Positions 12,216-21,228 of a stretch of DNA of 64,000 bases are shown here, piece by piece (the stretch's first letter is position 1; every line of letters starts with the position of its first letter). The notes under the pieces were generated by a model that saw only the letters and a list, made by a program, of their open reading frames with translations, was not told the origin of the DNA and searched no databases. Location: positions 2,624,001 to 2,688,000 of the forward strand of contig OZ245842.1 of NCBI GenBank assembly GCA_965228895.1, written 5' to 3'. Made by a program: the position numbers and the translations under genes. Origin of the DNA: Alphaproteobacteria bacterium (lineage in GTDB: Bacteria; Pseudomonadota; Alphaproteobacteria; SP197).

Positions 12216-12254
12216 AAAAAACGGCCTTCCCGTCTGACGGGAAGGCCGTTTCTT
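12216..12254. terminator. Bidirectional intrinsic terminator between katG and rpsI
   Basis: Perfect inverted repeat AAACGGCCTTCCCGTC-T-GACGGGAAGGCCGTTT flanked by an A tract and TTTCTT. Confidence 0.9.
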
Positions 12255-12276
12255 CGTGTCGTCTGTTTGGTGTCGC

Positions 12277-12762
12277 TTAGCGCTTGGAGAACTGGAAGCT
12301 GCGTCGCGCCTTGCGCTTACCGTACTTCTTGCGCTCGACCACGCGCGGGTCACGGGTCAGGAAGCCGCCCTTCTTGAGCGTCGCGCGCAATGCCGGCTCA
12401 TAGAGCGACAGCGCCTTGCTGATACCGTGACGGATGGCGCCGGCCTGACCGGAGAGACCACCGCCCCTGACCGTCGCGAAAACATCGTACTGCTCGCCAC
12501 GGCCGACAACCTGGAACGGCTGGTTCATGATCAGGCGCCATGTCGGGCGTGGAAAATACTTCTCGACCTCGCGGCCGTTGACGACGATGCGTCCGCTGCC
12601 CGGACGGATCCAGACGCGCGCAATGGCATCCTTGCGTTTGCCGGTCGCGTAGGCGCGGCCCTTATCGTCGATCTCGGGATCCGGCAGTTCGACAGGCGCA
12701 GCGGCCTGCTCGACAGGCGCGGTCGCCTGCTCGATCGCTTCGGAAAGTTCGGTTGCAGCCAT
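12277..12762 (-). CDS. rpsI: 30S ribosomal protein S9
   Basis: [28 protein letters not shown]-terminal [17 protein letters not shown]. Confidence 0.99.
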   Translation of the reverse strand: MAATELSEAIEQATAPVEQAAAPVELPDPEIDDKGRAYATGKRKDAIARVWIRPGSGRIVVNGREVEKYFPRPTWRLIMNQPFQVVGRGEQYDVFATVRGGGLSGQAGAIRHGISKALSLYEPALRATLKKGGFLTRDPRVVERKKYGKRKARRSFQFSKR

Positions 12763-12764
12763 GG

Positions 12765-13229
12765 TCAGGCAGCCCTCTTGTTCTTGCGGTTACGGCTCGC
12801 CAGGTCCAGCACCTCGGGGCTCTGGGCCTCATGCGGGTGGTCGGGACCGACGTAGACTTTCAGCTTTGTCATGATGTCGCGGCCCAGCGGGTTGCGCGTG
12901 ATCATGCGTTCGACCGCCTTGATCACGACACGCTCCGGATGATCGCCTTCCAAGCGCTCGCCCATGGTGCGGCCCTTGACGCCGCCGACCCAGCCGGTGT
13001 GCCAATAAAATGTCTTCTGATCGCGCTTGTTGCCGGTCAGAGCGACCTTTTCGGCGTTCACGACGATCACGTGGTCACCGCAATCGACATGGGGCGAAAA
13101 GGTCGGCTTATGCTTGCCGCGCAGGATTTTGGCGATTTCGGACGCCATACGGCCGAGGACCATGCCCTCGGCATCGATGACGTACCATTTACGCTCCACG
13201 TTCGCGGGCGTCGCGACGTAAGTCTTCAT
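12765..13229 (-). CDS. rplM: 50S ribosomal protein L13
   Basis: [34 protein letters not shown]. Confidence 0.99.
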   Translation of the reverse strand: MKTYVATPANVERKWYVIDAEGMVLGRMASEIAKILRGKHKPTFSPHVDCGDHVIVVNAEKVALTGNKRDQKTFYWHTGWVGGVKGRTMGERLEGDHPERVVIKAVERMITRNPLGRDIMTKLKVYVGPDHPHEAQSPEVLDLASRNRKNKRAA

Positions 13230-13296
13230 AACGTACCATGTCCCAAAAATTCAGGGGCCGCGGGCGCTTGAGAGCCGCCGCAGCCCAGGGCGGCGG

Positions 13297-13324
13297 AAAC
13301 TACCACAAAAGTCCGGGCTGTCAA
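13297..13324 (-). promoter_or_regulatory. Sigma70-type promoter of rplM-rpsI
   Basis: Minus strand TTGACA-N16-TAGTTT with extended -10 TG, followed by a GC-rich discriminator. Confidence 0.7.
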
Positions 13325-13410
13325 CGCTTTCAGAGCACCTTGTGGCCCCGCGATCGCGCTGCCAGGATGCGCGCGCGCCAGGAGGACGTTCCCAGCATGT
13401 TTCAAGCCCC

Positions 13411-14304
13411 ATGACCGACCAGAAAACCGCCAGCAACAGCGCCAGCGTTGAGGCGCTGCAGGACGTTCTGAACCCGGTGATCGACGGTATCAACCAGCTT
13501 TTTTTCCACTCCCGCGCGCTGAGAGCCTGGGGCATCACCGAAATCGGCCGTGCCGAGCATAGGGAGTGGATCGTCAAGATGCAGCGCGCCGAGATGCTGG
13601 TTGTGCGCTTGACCGCGCTCGACGGGGCGCCGCGCAGCCGGGACGCCGTCGACCTGGACCTGGGATCCGACGTCACCAGTGCCCTCGCCTCGAACCGCGC
13701 GCTGACAGAGCGCCTGATAACGGTCCTCGACAAGGCGAGCGCCGCGAGCGCCGGCGATACGGCGACCACGGATATCCTGAACGACTGCCGCAAGGTCGAG
13801 ATCGCCTATCTGGAACGGCTGGATGGATGGCTTGACGCGCCGGATGCCCTGCCCAAGCCAGCCAACGCCAAGCACCTGATGCCCAAGGACGGCGGCAAGA
13901 GCGCGATTGAGGCAATCAACCGCCTGCTCGTGCCGCTGACCGACTGTGTCAGCCAATTCTTCTACCACAGCCTGATCTTCGACGGCTGGGGCGATAAGGA
14001 CCTCGCCGAGCGGGAACTGAACGCCGCACTCGACAAGATGTACCGGTCCGAGGCCCTCCTGGAGCGCCTGCTCGACCTGGGCGGCACGCCCGACGGTCAT
14101 GACTTCGGCAAGATCGTGATCGGAACGAGCGAGGCCGAGATCGACCGCCTCAGCCTGGCCAGCCAGAAAACCATCCCGCCCCTGGCCGCCGCAGCCCGCG
14201 ACCTCGTCGATCCCTCCGACGACCCGACGACCTATGTCATGATCGAAGGCATCTGGCGCGGCGAAGAGGCCGACCTTGCCCGCAGAGAGGCGGCAGTCTC
14301 TTGA
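13411..14304 (+). CDS. Tandem two-domain bacterioferritin-like protein with degenerate ferroxidase centres
   Basis: Both halves align by eye to Bfr helices A-D (INQLFFHSR..WG / SQFFYHS..WG; KMQRAE / KMYRSE; RL..L.G.P; GK..IG). Domain 2 begins at about 13879. Confidence 0.8.
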   Translation: MTDQKTASNSASVEALQDVLNPVIDGINQLFFHSRALRAWGITEIGRAEHREWIVKMQRAEMLVVRLTALDGAPRSRDAVDLDLGSDVTSALASNRALTERLITVLDKASAASAGDTATTDILNDCRKVEIAYLERLDGWLDAPDALPKPANAKHLMPKDGGKSAIEAINRLLVPLTDCVSQFFYHSLIFDGWGDKDLAERELNAALDKMYRSEALLERLLDLGGTPDGHDFGKIVIGTSEAEIDRLSLASQKTIPPLAAAARDLVDPSDDPTTYVMIEGIWRGEEADLARREAAVS

Positions 14305-14363
14305 CGGTCTCGACCGAGCAAGGCTGTTGCGCGGGCTACACTGCATCCGCACACTGAGCAACC

Positions 14364-15152
14364 ATGACCGAAACCGACGATATCCTGCTGCGCGACGACC
14401 ACGACAACGGGGTCACCGTGCTGACGTTGAACCGCCCGAAGCAGCGCAACGCGCTGTCGGTCGGGCTGATGACCGCGCTGCAAGACGCGCTTGCCGCCGT
14501 CGCCAACGACAAGAACGTTCGTGTCGTCGTCCTGGCGGCGAGCGGCCCGGTCTTCTGCGCTGGGCACGATCTGAAGGAAATCCGCGCCAATCCCGGCCGC
14601 AACTACTATGACGCGCTGTTTGCCCAATGCAGCGAACTCATGACGTCAATCGTGCGCTTACCCAAACCGGTCGTCGCACAGGTTCAGGGGGTGGCGACCG
14701 CGGCCGGCTGTCAGTTGGTGGCAAGCTGCGATCTGGCCATTGCCTCGACCGAGGCGGGCTTCGCAACGCCGGGCGTCAATATCGGGCTCTTTTGTTCGAC
14801 GCCCATGGTGGCGCTGTCGCGCAACGTCGGACGCAAGGCGGCGATGGAAATGTTGCTGACCGGCGAGATTGTCGATCCCGAATGGGCAGTGGCGATTGGA
14901 CTGATCAACCGGGTCGCGGAGCCCGAGCAGTTGTCCCAGACCGTGCTCGAGCTCGCCGGATCGATCGCGGCGAAATCGCCGCTGACGCTCGCCATCGGCA
15001 AGGAGGCGTTCTATCGCCAGGTCGAGATGCCGCTGGACGACGCCTATCGCTATGCCAGCGAGGTGATGGCGCGAAACATGCTGGCCCGCGACGCCGAGGA
15101 AGGCATCGATGCGTTCATCGAGAAACGCGATCCCGTGTGGACGGGCGACTGA
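14364..15152 (+). CDS. Enoyl-CoA hydratase/crotonase family protein
   Basis: LTLNRP..RNALS, FCAGHDLKE, ATAAGCQLVASCD, TPGVNIGLFCSTP. Confidence 0.93.
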   Translation: MTETDDILLRDDHDNGVTVLTLNRPKQRNALSVGLMTALQDALAAVANDKNVRVVVLAASGPVFCAGHDLKEIRANPGRNYYDALFAQCSELMTSIVRLPKPVVAQVQGVATAAGCQLVASCDLAIASTEAGFATPGVNIGLFCSTPMVALSRNVGRKAAMEMLLTGEIVDPEWAVAIGLINRVAEPEQLSQTVLELAGSIAAKSPLTLAIGKEAFYRQVEMPLDDAYRYASEVMARNMLARDAEEGIDAFIEKRDPVWTGD

Positions 15153-15156
15153 GATC

Positions 15157-15651
15157 ATGAACCACGACCGCTACGACGACGCTTACCTGCGCGACATCCT
15201 GCGCCGGTGCCGGACGATCGCGATGGTCGGCGCCAGCCCGAAATGGGTCCGGCCGAGCTTTTTCGCCATGAAGTACCTGCAGATCAAAGGTTATCGCGTT
15301 TTGCCGATCAACCCCGGCACCGCCGGGCAAACCATCCTGGGCGAAACGGTCTATGGCTCGCTGGCCGAGACGCCCGGTCCCTTCCAGATGGTCGACATTT
15401 TTCGCAATTCAGAAGCCGCCGGCGCCGCCGTCGACGAGGCCATCGCGCTGAAGGACGACAAAAGCATCGAGGTCATCTGGATGCAGCTTCTGGTGAGAAA
15501 CGACGACGCGGCCGCACGGGCTGAAGCCGCAGGTCTGAAGGTCGTCATGAACCGGTGCCCCAAGATCGAGTACGGCCGGTTGTCCGGCGAGCTCTCATGG
15601 GGCGGCATCAACTCGGGCATCATCACGGCAAAGGCGTTGCGGGCGCCATGA
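15157..15651 (+). CDS. CoA-binding protein (YccU-like)
   Basis: TIAMVGAS...RPS, PINP, MVDIFR, WMQL, VVMNRCPKIE. Confidence 0.9.
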   Translation: MNHDRYDDAYLRDILRRCRTIAMVGASPKWVRPSFFAMKYLQIKGYRVLPINPGTAGQTILGETVYGSLAETPGPFQMVDIFRNSEAAGAAVDEAIALKDDKSIEVIWMQLLVRNDDAAARAEAAGLKVVMNRCPKIEYGRLSGELSWGGINSGIITAKALRAP

Positions 15652-15818
15652 AACGGCTGTCCCGTCTGGCTGTGGCTGTCGTCCTGTGCCTTTCGCTCGC
15701 CGGCTGCGGCTGGTCCGTCGATTGGCAGAAGACGGGCGAGCTTTGGATCGGCGCGCTGTGCGACGGCGTGTCGAAGTGCAGCTACGACGCCGACGGCGAT
15801 CCCTACACCCTCCATTAG
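15648..15818 (+). CDS. Small lipoprotein, 56 aa
   Basis: MKRLSRLAVAVVLCLSLAG-C signal and lipobox. ATGA-coupled to the upstream gene and fills the gap before metY. Confidence 0.72.
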   Translation: MKRLSRLAVAVVLCLSLAGCGWSVDWQKTGELWIGALCDGVSKCSYDADGDPYTLH

Positions 15819-15830
15819 ACGGACGCGCCC

Positions 15831-17123
15831 ATGGCAGACAGCGACGGCAAGACCTATGGCATCGAGACAAAGGCGGTTCACGCCGGCGCCCGGCCCGATC
15901 CGGTTACCGGTGCGCGCGCGACACCGATTTATCAGACGACCAGTTTCGTCTTCGACGATGTCGACCACGCGGCCTCCCTCTTCAACCTCCAGACTTTCGG
16001 CTACATCTATTCGCGCATCACAAACCCGACGGTCGCGGTGTTCGAGGAACGCATCGCGAGCCTGGAAGACGGCCGCGCCGCCGTCGCCTGCGCATCCGGA
16101 CATGCGGCCCAGTTTTTGTGTTTTTTCACCCTGCTGGAGCCGGGCGACCATATCGTCGCGTCAAAGTACCTTTATGGCGGCTCGGTCACCCAGTTCACCC
16201 GCACGTTCCCGAAGATCGGCTGGACGTCGTCCCTGGTCGATCCCAACGACCTCGCCGCGGTTGAGGCGGCGATCCAGGACAACACCAAGGCCATCTTTGT
16301 TGAGGCCCTGGCCAATCCCGGCGGCATCATCGTCGACCTGGAACCGCTGGTGACGATCGCGAAGGCGCACAAGATCCCGCTGGTCGTCGACAACACCATG
16401 GCGACACCCTATCTGTGCCAGCCCATCCACTGGGGCGCCGACATCGTTATTCACTCGGCGACCAAGTTCATCGGCGGTCACGGTAATTCCATGGGCGGCG
16501 TCATCGTCGAATCCGGCCAGTTCGACTGGTATGCCAGCGGCAAGTTTCCCGGCATGACCGAGCCGGAGCCGGCCTATCACGGGCTGACCTTTGCCGAGAC
16601 CTTCGGCGACTTCGGCTTCACCATGAAAGCGCGCGCGGTAGCGCTGCGCGATTTCGGGCCCGCGTTGTCGCCGACCAACGCCTTCAATCTGATTACCGGG
16701 TGCGAGACCCTGCCGCTTCGGATGCAGCGCCATTGCGACAACGCACTGGCCATCGCGACGTTCCTGGAGACCCACCCCAAGGTCGCGTGGGTGTCTTATG
16801 CTGGTCTGCCGGCCAATCCTTACCATGATCTGGCAAACCGTTATCTTCGAGAGGGTTACGGGAGTGTTTTCACATTTGGCGTGAAGGGCGGTTTCGATGC
16901 CGGGACCCGTGTCGTCGAGACCGTGAACCTGTTCAGCCACCTCGCCAATATCGGTGACACCAGAAGCCTGATCATCCACCCGGCAAGCACCACCCATCGC
17001 CAGCTGGAGCCGGCGGAACGCGAAGCCGCCGGCGCCGGCGATGACGTCATCCGACTTTCGATCGGCATCGAGACCGCCATCGACCTGATCGACGACCTCG
17101 ACCAGGCGCTCAACGCCGCCTAA
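15831..17123 (+). CDS. metY: O-acetylhomoserine aminocarboxypropyltransferase (sulfhydrylase)
   Basis: TPIYQTTSF, YSRITNPT, PLP lysine in HSATKF, HLANIGD..SLIIHPASTTH, RLSIGIE. Confidence 0.95.
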   Translation: MADSDGKTYGIETKAVHAGARPDPVTGARATPIYQTTSFVFDDVDHAASLFNLQTFGYIYSRITNPTVAVFEERIASLEDGRAAVACASGHAAQFLCFFTLLEPGDHIVASKYLYGGSVTQFTRTFPKIGWTSSLVDPNDLAAVEAAIQDNTKAIFVEALANPGGIIVDLEPLVTIAKAHKIPLVVDNTMATPYLCQPIHWGADIVIHSATKFIGGHGNSMGGVIVESGQFDWYASGKFPGMTEPEPAYHGLTFAETFGDFGFTMKARAVALRDFGPALSPTNAFNLITGCETLPLRMQRHCDNALAIATFLETHPKVAWVSYAGLPANPYHDLANRYLREGYGSVFTFGVKGGFDAGTRVVETVNLFSHLANIGDTRSLIIHPASTTHRQLEPAEREAAGAGDDVIRLSIGIETAIDLIDDLDQALNAA

Positions 17124-17626
17124 AGCCGCAGTTCCTTGGTGATCACGTCTGGAGACGGTGCGTTGTCCGAGGCGACGACCTCGAAACCCAGATCGTCATA
17201 GATGACGTTTGCAGCGACCATGGACGGCAGCGTTTCCAGCCGCACGCTGCGGCAGCCGATGCCGCGCGCCTCGCCAAGGATCGCCTCGGTCAGGCGGCGG
17301 CCCAACGCCATGCCGCGCGCACTTGGCTCGACATAGAGCCGCTTGATCTCGCAGGCCCCGTCCGCGCCCAGCGAACGAAGTGCGATGACGCCCAGGACCT
17401 CGCTTTCGTTTTCGGCCAGAAGCAGGCGCCCCGCCGGCGGTGCGTATTCTCCGGGCAAGGATTCAATTTCCTTATCAAACCCTTGAAAACACGTCTTAAA
17501 ACCCAGCGACCTCGCGTAAGACATGAAGAGCTCGCGGACCACGGCAAGATCGGCTTCACCGTCGGCCTCACGCAACGTCACGGACGCCGCGGCCCCGGCG
17601 TTGGGAGATGTCTGGTCAGTGGTCAT
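17120..17626 (-). CDS. GNAT family N-acetyltransferase
   Basis: LPGEYAPP.G, EIKRLYV...RG..LGR, LETL..M..A..IY..LGF. Confidence 0.9.
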   Translation of the reverse strand: MTTDQTSPNAGAAASVTLREADGEADLAVVRELFMSYARSLGFKTCFQGFDKEIESLPGEYAPPAGRLLLAENESEVLGVIALRSLGADGACEIKRLYVEPSARGMALGRRLTEAILGEARGIGCRSVRLETLPSMVAANVIYDDLGFEVVASDNAPSPDVITKELRL

Positions 17627-17755
17627 GGCACGATCTCGTTCAGGTTCACCCGGGATCATTCCGCTTACTCCTTGATCGTGTCAATGCGCACAATTGACGC
17701 ATGGACGCCATACACCCGGAGAGCTATGCAGCCTGCCTCTGGTTGGAGGTCCGCC

Positions 17756-18658
17756 ATGGCGCCACGGGATCGCACACATCTGGGGCTGGGCATCCTGTTC
17801 GGTTTCCTGGTCGCCAATCTTTGGGCCGGCTGGATGGTGGTCTCGCGCTATGGCGCGACCCACGACTTGACGGCGCCCGACATTACCTTTCTGCGCTTCC
17901 TGGCAGCAGGTCTCGTCACACTGCCCATCTTCATCATCCGCTGGCCGGAGATCCGGCGCATCGGCTGGACGGGGCTGGTCATCCTGGCCGCCTTTGGCGG
18001 CGTGCCCTACAGCCTGGCGTCCGTCGCGGGCATGGGCTTCGCGCCGGCGGCACAGGCGGCGGTGGTGATTCCGGGCGCCCTTCCCGTCTTCGCCACCCTG
18101 CTCGCCTGGGCCTGGCTGAGCGAGCGCCCAGGGGGCTTGCGTTGGCTGGGACTGGCCCTGGTTCTCGGCGCGATCGCCCTGATCGGCCTGGAAGGCGGGG
18201 TGACCGGCACCTGGCATGGCTACGCGATGTTCCTGGCTGCCGCCGCCATGTGGGCCGTCTTCACGGTCGGCACACGCGTCTACGGCCTGCGGCCAATGAG
18301 CAACGTCGCGGTTATCTCGGTCCTGTCGCTGGTGTGGTACGCGCCACTCTTCCTGGCCTCGGGCGCAAGCCGCCTTAACCAAGCAGGTTTCGGCGATATC
18401 GCCCTGCAGTTCGTCTACCAGGGACTGATCGCGGGCGTGCTGGCGCCGATCATGTACACCCGCGCGATCCACGCGATCGGCGCGGCGCGCGCGGCCTTGA
18501 TCATGGTGCTGGTGCCGGTGCTGACGCCGATCCTGGGCTGGATGTTCCTGGGTGAGATACCGGGCTGGCTGACCGTGGCGGGCATTCTTCTGGTGCTGCC
18601 CGGCATGGCCATGGCGGGCGGCGTGGTCGACGCGATGACCAAGTCACGGCGGCGGTAA
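17756..18658 (+). CDS. DMT/EamA family transporter
   Basis: About ten hydrophobic segments in two EamA repeats (LRF, L.ER, FLGE). RBS GGAGG before ATG 17756. Confidence 0.9.
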   Translation: MAPRDRTHLGLGILFGFLVANLWAGWMVVSRYGATHDLTAPDITFLRFLAAGLVTLPIFIIRWPEIRRIGWTGLVILAAFGGVPYSLASVAGMGFAPAAQAAVVIPGALPVFATLLAWAWLSERPGGLRWLGLALVLGAIALIGLEGGVTGTWHGYAMFLAAAAMWAVFTVGTRVYGLRPMSNVAVISVLSLVWYAPLFLASGASRLNQAGFGDIALQFVYQGLIAGVLAPIMYTRAIHAIGAARAALIMVLVPVLTPILGWMFLGEIPGWLTVAGILLVLPGMAMAGGVVDAMTKSRRR

Positions 18659-18670
18659 GCAACGCGCGGA

Positions 18671-19177
18671 CTAGCGGCAGATGCCGACGGACCCTTCGGC
18701 GCAGATCGTCTCGCCATCGGTCCATGTCGCGCCGGACAGATTGGCGCCGGTGAAGTCGGCGCTTCTGAGGTTGGCGCCGGTGAAATCGACACCGGTCAGA
18801 TTGGCGAAAAGATACTTGCTGTTGCGCGCGCTGACGCCACGAAACGACGCGCCGGTCAGGTCGGCACGGTCGAACCGGGCATCGGTCAGGCTGGCATTGT
18901 CGAAAACCGCACCAACCAGAATGGTCTCGACGAAACGGGCGCGATAGCCGTCGATCTCGGAGAAGTTGGACTCCGTAAGAACGGAGTTGCTGAGGCTGGC
19001 GCCGCGCAGGCTCGCTCCGGTGACGTCGATGCCGGGAAAATCGGAGCGGCTGAGATCGCAATTGCGCCAGTTCACGCCCGGTCGTGGCAGGTCGGTGCAA
19101 TCGGCCATCGCCGGAGCTGCAAAAAACAACGGCAGCAGGCCGAAGCCGACACCCATTAAGCAGAAAAGTCTAAACAT
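18671..19177 (-). CDS. Exported pentapeptide-repeat protein
   Basis: Signal peptide ending AMA, A[D/N/S]LxG repeats, Cys-capped ends (CTD...C; WTDG..C....G.C). Confidence 0.9.
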   Translation of the reverse strand: MFRLFCLMGVGFGLLPLFFAAPAMADCTDLPRPGVNWRNCDLSRSDFPGIDVTGASLRGASLSNSVLTESNFSEIDGYRARFVETILVGAVFDNASLTDARFDRADLTGASFRGVSARNSKYLFANLTGVDFTGANLRSADFTGANLSGATWTDGETICAEGSVGICR

Positions 19178-19267
19178 GGCGGGCATTAGGGCATTGCCCG
19201 CCCGTGAACACAAGATAGCTGAACACAAGACGGCGCTCTCATTTCCCCGAACCTCTCTCGAATTGCG

Positions 19268-19825
19268 TCAAGGCAACAGGCAAGCACGGCATGGGCCGGC
19301 GCCAAGCCGCACGCCGCGACGCCATGCCTGCGGGTCGACGAAGTCGCCTTGCCATAGGCCAAGTCCTTCCATCTCCGCGCGCGCTTCAGAAGCGTGCAGA
19401 GCATTGCTGAAGAAAGCACGGCCCAGCGCCATGCCCGAGCGCACCATCGCCGCGCCGATATCGCGTTCGCCGTCCAAACATGTCGCGAGCGTGCGTCCTC
19501 TCTCGTCGGTGCCACAGGCCAGGCATTCGAGGTTTTGACCGTCGACCAAGCTTGCCAGGGTCGACTTTGCTTCACGGCCACAATCCCAGATCTCTTCGCC
19601 AATTCGGCAGGTTTGGATCAAGTCCGGCGCATCGACGGCGTGCAGACGGATAATGATCGTCGTGTCAGCCGATGTTGTCAGAGTCAACGTATTGCCGTCG
19701 ATCGCCTCGGCAACGCCCGTGATCCCCGGCGGCTGACACGCCTCGGTGATCGGATCGAAGAAGGCGCTGGCGCCACCCGGTAGAAGCGCGGCGAGCACAG
19801 TGATGGCAATCAGACGGCACACCAT
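19268..19825 (-). CDS. Thermonuclease (SNase-like) family exported protein
   Basis: IDGNT, IRL..VDAPD..Q.C, D..GR.LA.C, MVRSG.A, AR....GLW.G.F..P..WRR. Confidence 0.85.
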   Translation of the reverse strand: MVCRLIAITVLAALLPGGASAFFDPITEACQPPGITGVAEAIDGNTLTLTTSADTTIIIRLHAVDAPDLIQTCRIGEEIWDCGREAKSTLASLVDGQNLECLACGTDERGRTLATCLDGERDIGAAMVRSGMALGRAFFSNALHASEARAEMEGLGLWQGDFVDPQAWRRGVRLGAGPCRACLLP

Positions 19826-19885
19826 TTGGCCACCATAGACGATGGGCCAAGCCATGCCGTTCACATCCTAGCGGGGTGGTGCGCG

Positions 19886-19963
19886 TGGGGTGGCTGATGG
19901 GATTCGAACCCACGGCCTCCTGGACCACAACCAGGCGCTCTAACCGACTGAGCTACAGCCACC
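19886..19963 (-). tRNA. tRNA-His (GUG) with encoded G-1, C73 and CCA
   Basis: Minus strand G-GTGGCTGTAGCTCAGTCGGTTAGAGCGCCTGGTTGTGGTCCAGGAGGCCGTGGGTTCGAATCCCATCAGCCAC-C-CCA forms a cloverleaf with anticodon GTG. Confidence 0.98.
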
Positions 19964-19990
19964 ATCCGAAACGCTTGCCTAACTGCCGCT

Positions 19991-20019
19991 TCTGTACGAT
20001 CAACCCCTATCCGGGTCAA
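19991..20019 (-). promoter_or_regulatory. Putative promoter of tRNA-His
   Basis: TTGACC-N17-TACAGA on the minus strand, ending 28 nt upstream of the tRNA. The -10 element lacks the final T, as is common in Alphaproteobacteria. Confidence 0.55.
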
Positions 20020-20055
20020 CCGCGATCTGGGGTTCTGAGGGGGATACGCGCGGCC

Positions 20056-21228
20056 ATGAAGACAGCGGCCAATCTCGACTTTCTTGGTTCCGAGACGGCG
20101 TTTGCCGTGCTCGCACGCGCGACCGAACTGTCTGCCCAGGGCCGCGATATCATCAATCTCGGCATCGGCCAGCCGGACTTCAAGACGCCGGACCACATTG
20201 TCGATGCCGCGATCAAAGCGCTCACCGACGGTCACCACGGCTATACCCCGGCACCCGGCATCCCTGCCTTGCGCGAAGCGGTCGCCGCCGACGTGCTGGC
20301 CCATCGCGGGGTCGAGGTGAGTCCCGAACAGGTCATGATCGTGCCGGGCGGCAAGATGACCATGTTCTTTGCCATCTTGATGTTCGGCGAACCGGGCACC
20401 GAGATCCTCTACCCCAATCCCGGTTTCCCGATCTATGAATCGATGATCCGCTACGCCGGCGCAAAACCGGTACCGATCGCCCTCCAAGAGGGCAAAGGAT
20501 TCTCGTTCGACGCCGATGAGGTGATCGCCAATCTGAACGAGCGGACCCGTCTGATCATCCTGAACAGCCCGGCCAACCCGACCGGCGGCGTGATCGACGA
20601 CGACACCCTCGAACACCTGGTCGAGGGCCTCGAAAACTGGCCCGACATCGCCGTTCTGTCTGACGAAATCTACAGCAGACTGCTTTATGACAACCGTGAA
20701 CATCGTTCACTTTTGAGCTTTTCCGCCATTCGCGACCGTGTCATCCTGCTGGACGGCTGGTCGAAGACCTACGCAATGACCGGCTGGCGTATTGGCTATG
20801 GGGTGTGGCCTGGGGCGCTGGTTCCCATGATCGACAAGCTGATCGTTAACGCGAATTCCTGCACCAACGCGGCGACCCAGTACGCTGCGCTGGCGGCCCT
20901 GACCGGTCCCCAGGACTGCGTCGAGACCATGCGCAGCGCCTTCGACGAGCGGCGTAAGCTTATCGTCGACTTGCTGAACGGCCTGCCGGGATTCAGATGC
21001 CAGACACCGCTTGGTGCCTTTTACGCCTTCCCCAATATTGAAGGCACCGGACGCACCGCGCGCGAGCTTGGCCACGACCTGCTCGAAGAATGCGGTGTGG
21101 CAACCATCCACGGCACCAGCTTCGGCGCCATGGGCGAGGGTTTCTTGAGGTTCTCGTACGCCGCCTCCAGCGATGACATTCGAACCGCCGTCGCGCGTAT
21201 CGCCGACTTCCTGGAGCACGCGCAGTGA
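20056..21228 (+). CDS. Class I/II PLP-dependent aminotransferase (aspartate aminotransferase-like)
   Basis: LGIGQPDF.TP, NSPANPTG, SDEIY, SKTYAMTGWRIGY, LRFSYA. Confidence 0.93.
   Translation: MKTAANLDFLGSETAFAVLARATELSAQGRDIINLGIGQPDFKTPDHIVDAAIKALTDGHHGYTPAPGIPALREAVAADVLAHRGVEVSPEQVMIVPGGKMTMFFAILMFGEPGTEILYPNPGFPIYESMIRYAGAKPVPIALQEGKGFSFDADEVIANLNERTRLIILNSPANPTGGVIDDDTLEHLVEGLENWPDIAVLSDEIYSRLLYDNREHRSLLSFSAIRDRVILLDGWSKTYAMTGWRIGYGVWPGALVPMIDKLIVNANSCTNAATQYAALAALTGPQDCVETMRSAFDERRKLIVDLLNGLPGFRCQTPLGAFYAFPNIEGTGRTARELGHDLLEECGVATIHGTSFGAMGEGFLRFSYAASSDDIRTAVARIADFLEHAQ

Noticed and set aside
17120-19963. Possible genomic island integrated at the tRNA-His 3' end
   Set aside because: No integrase, no duplicated tRNA 3' fragment seen by eye, and composition similar to the flanks.
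19876-20055. N-terminal extension of the aminotransferase ORF
   Set aside because: It is the antisense of tRNA-His and its promoter; the real start is ATG 20056.
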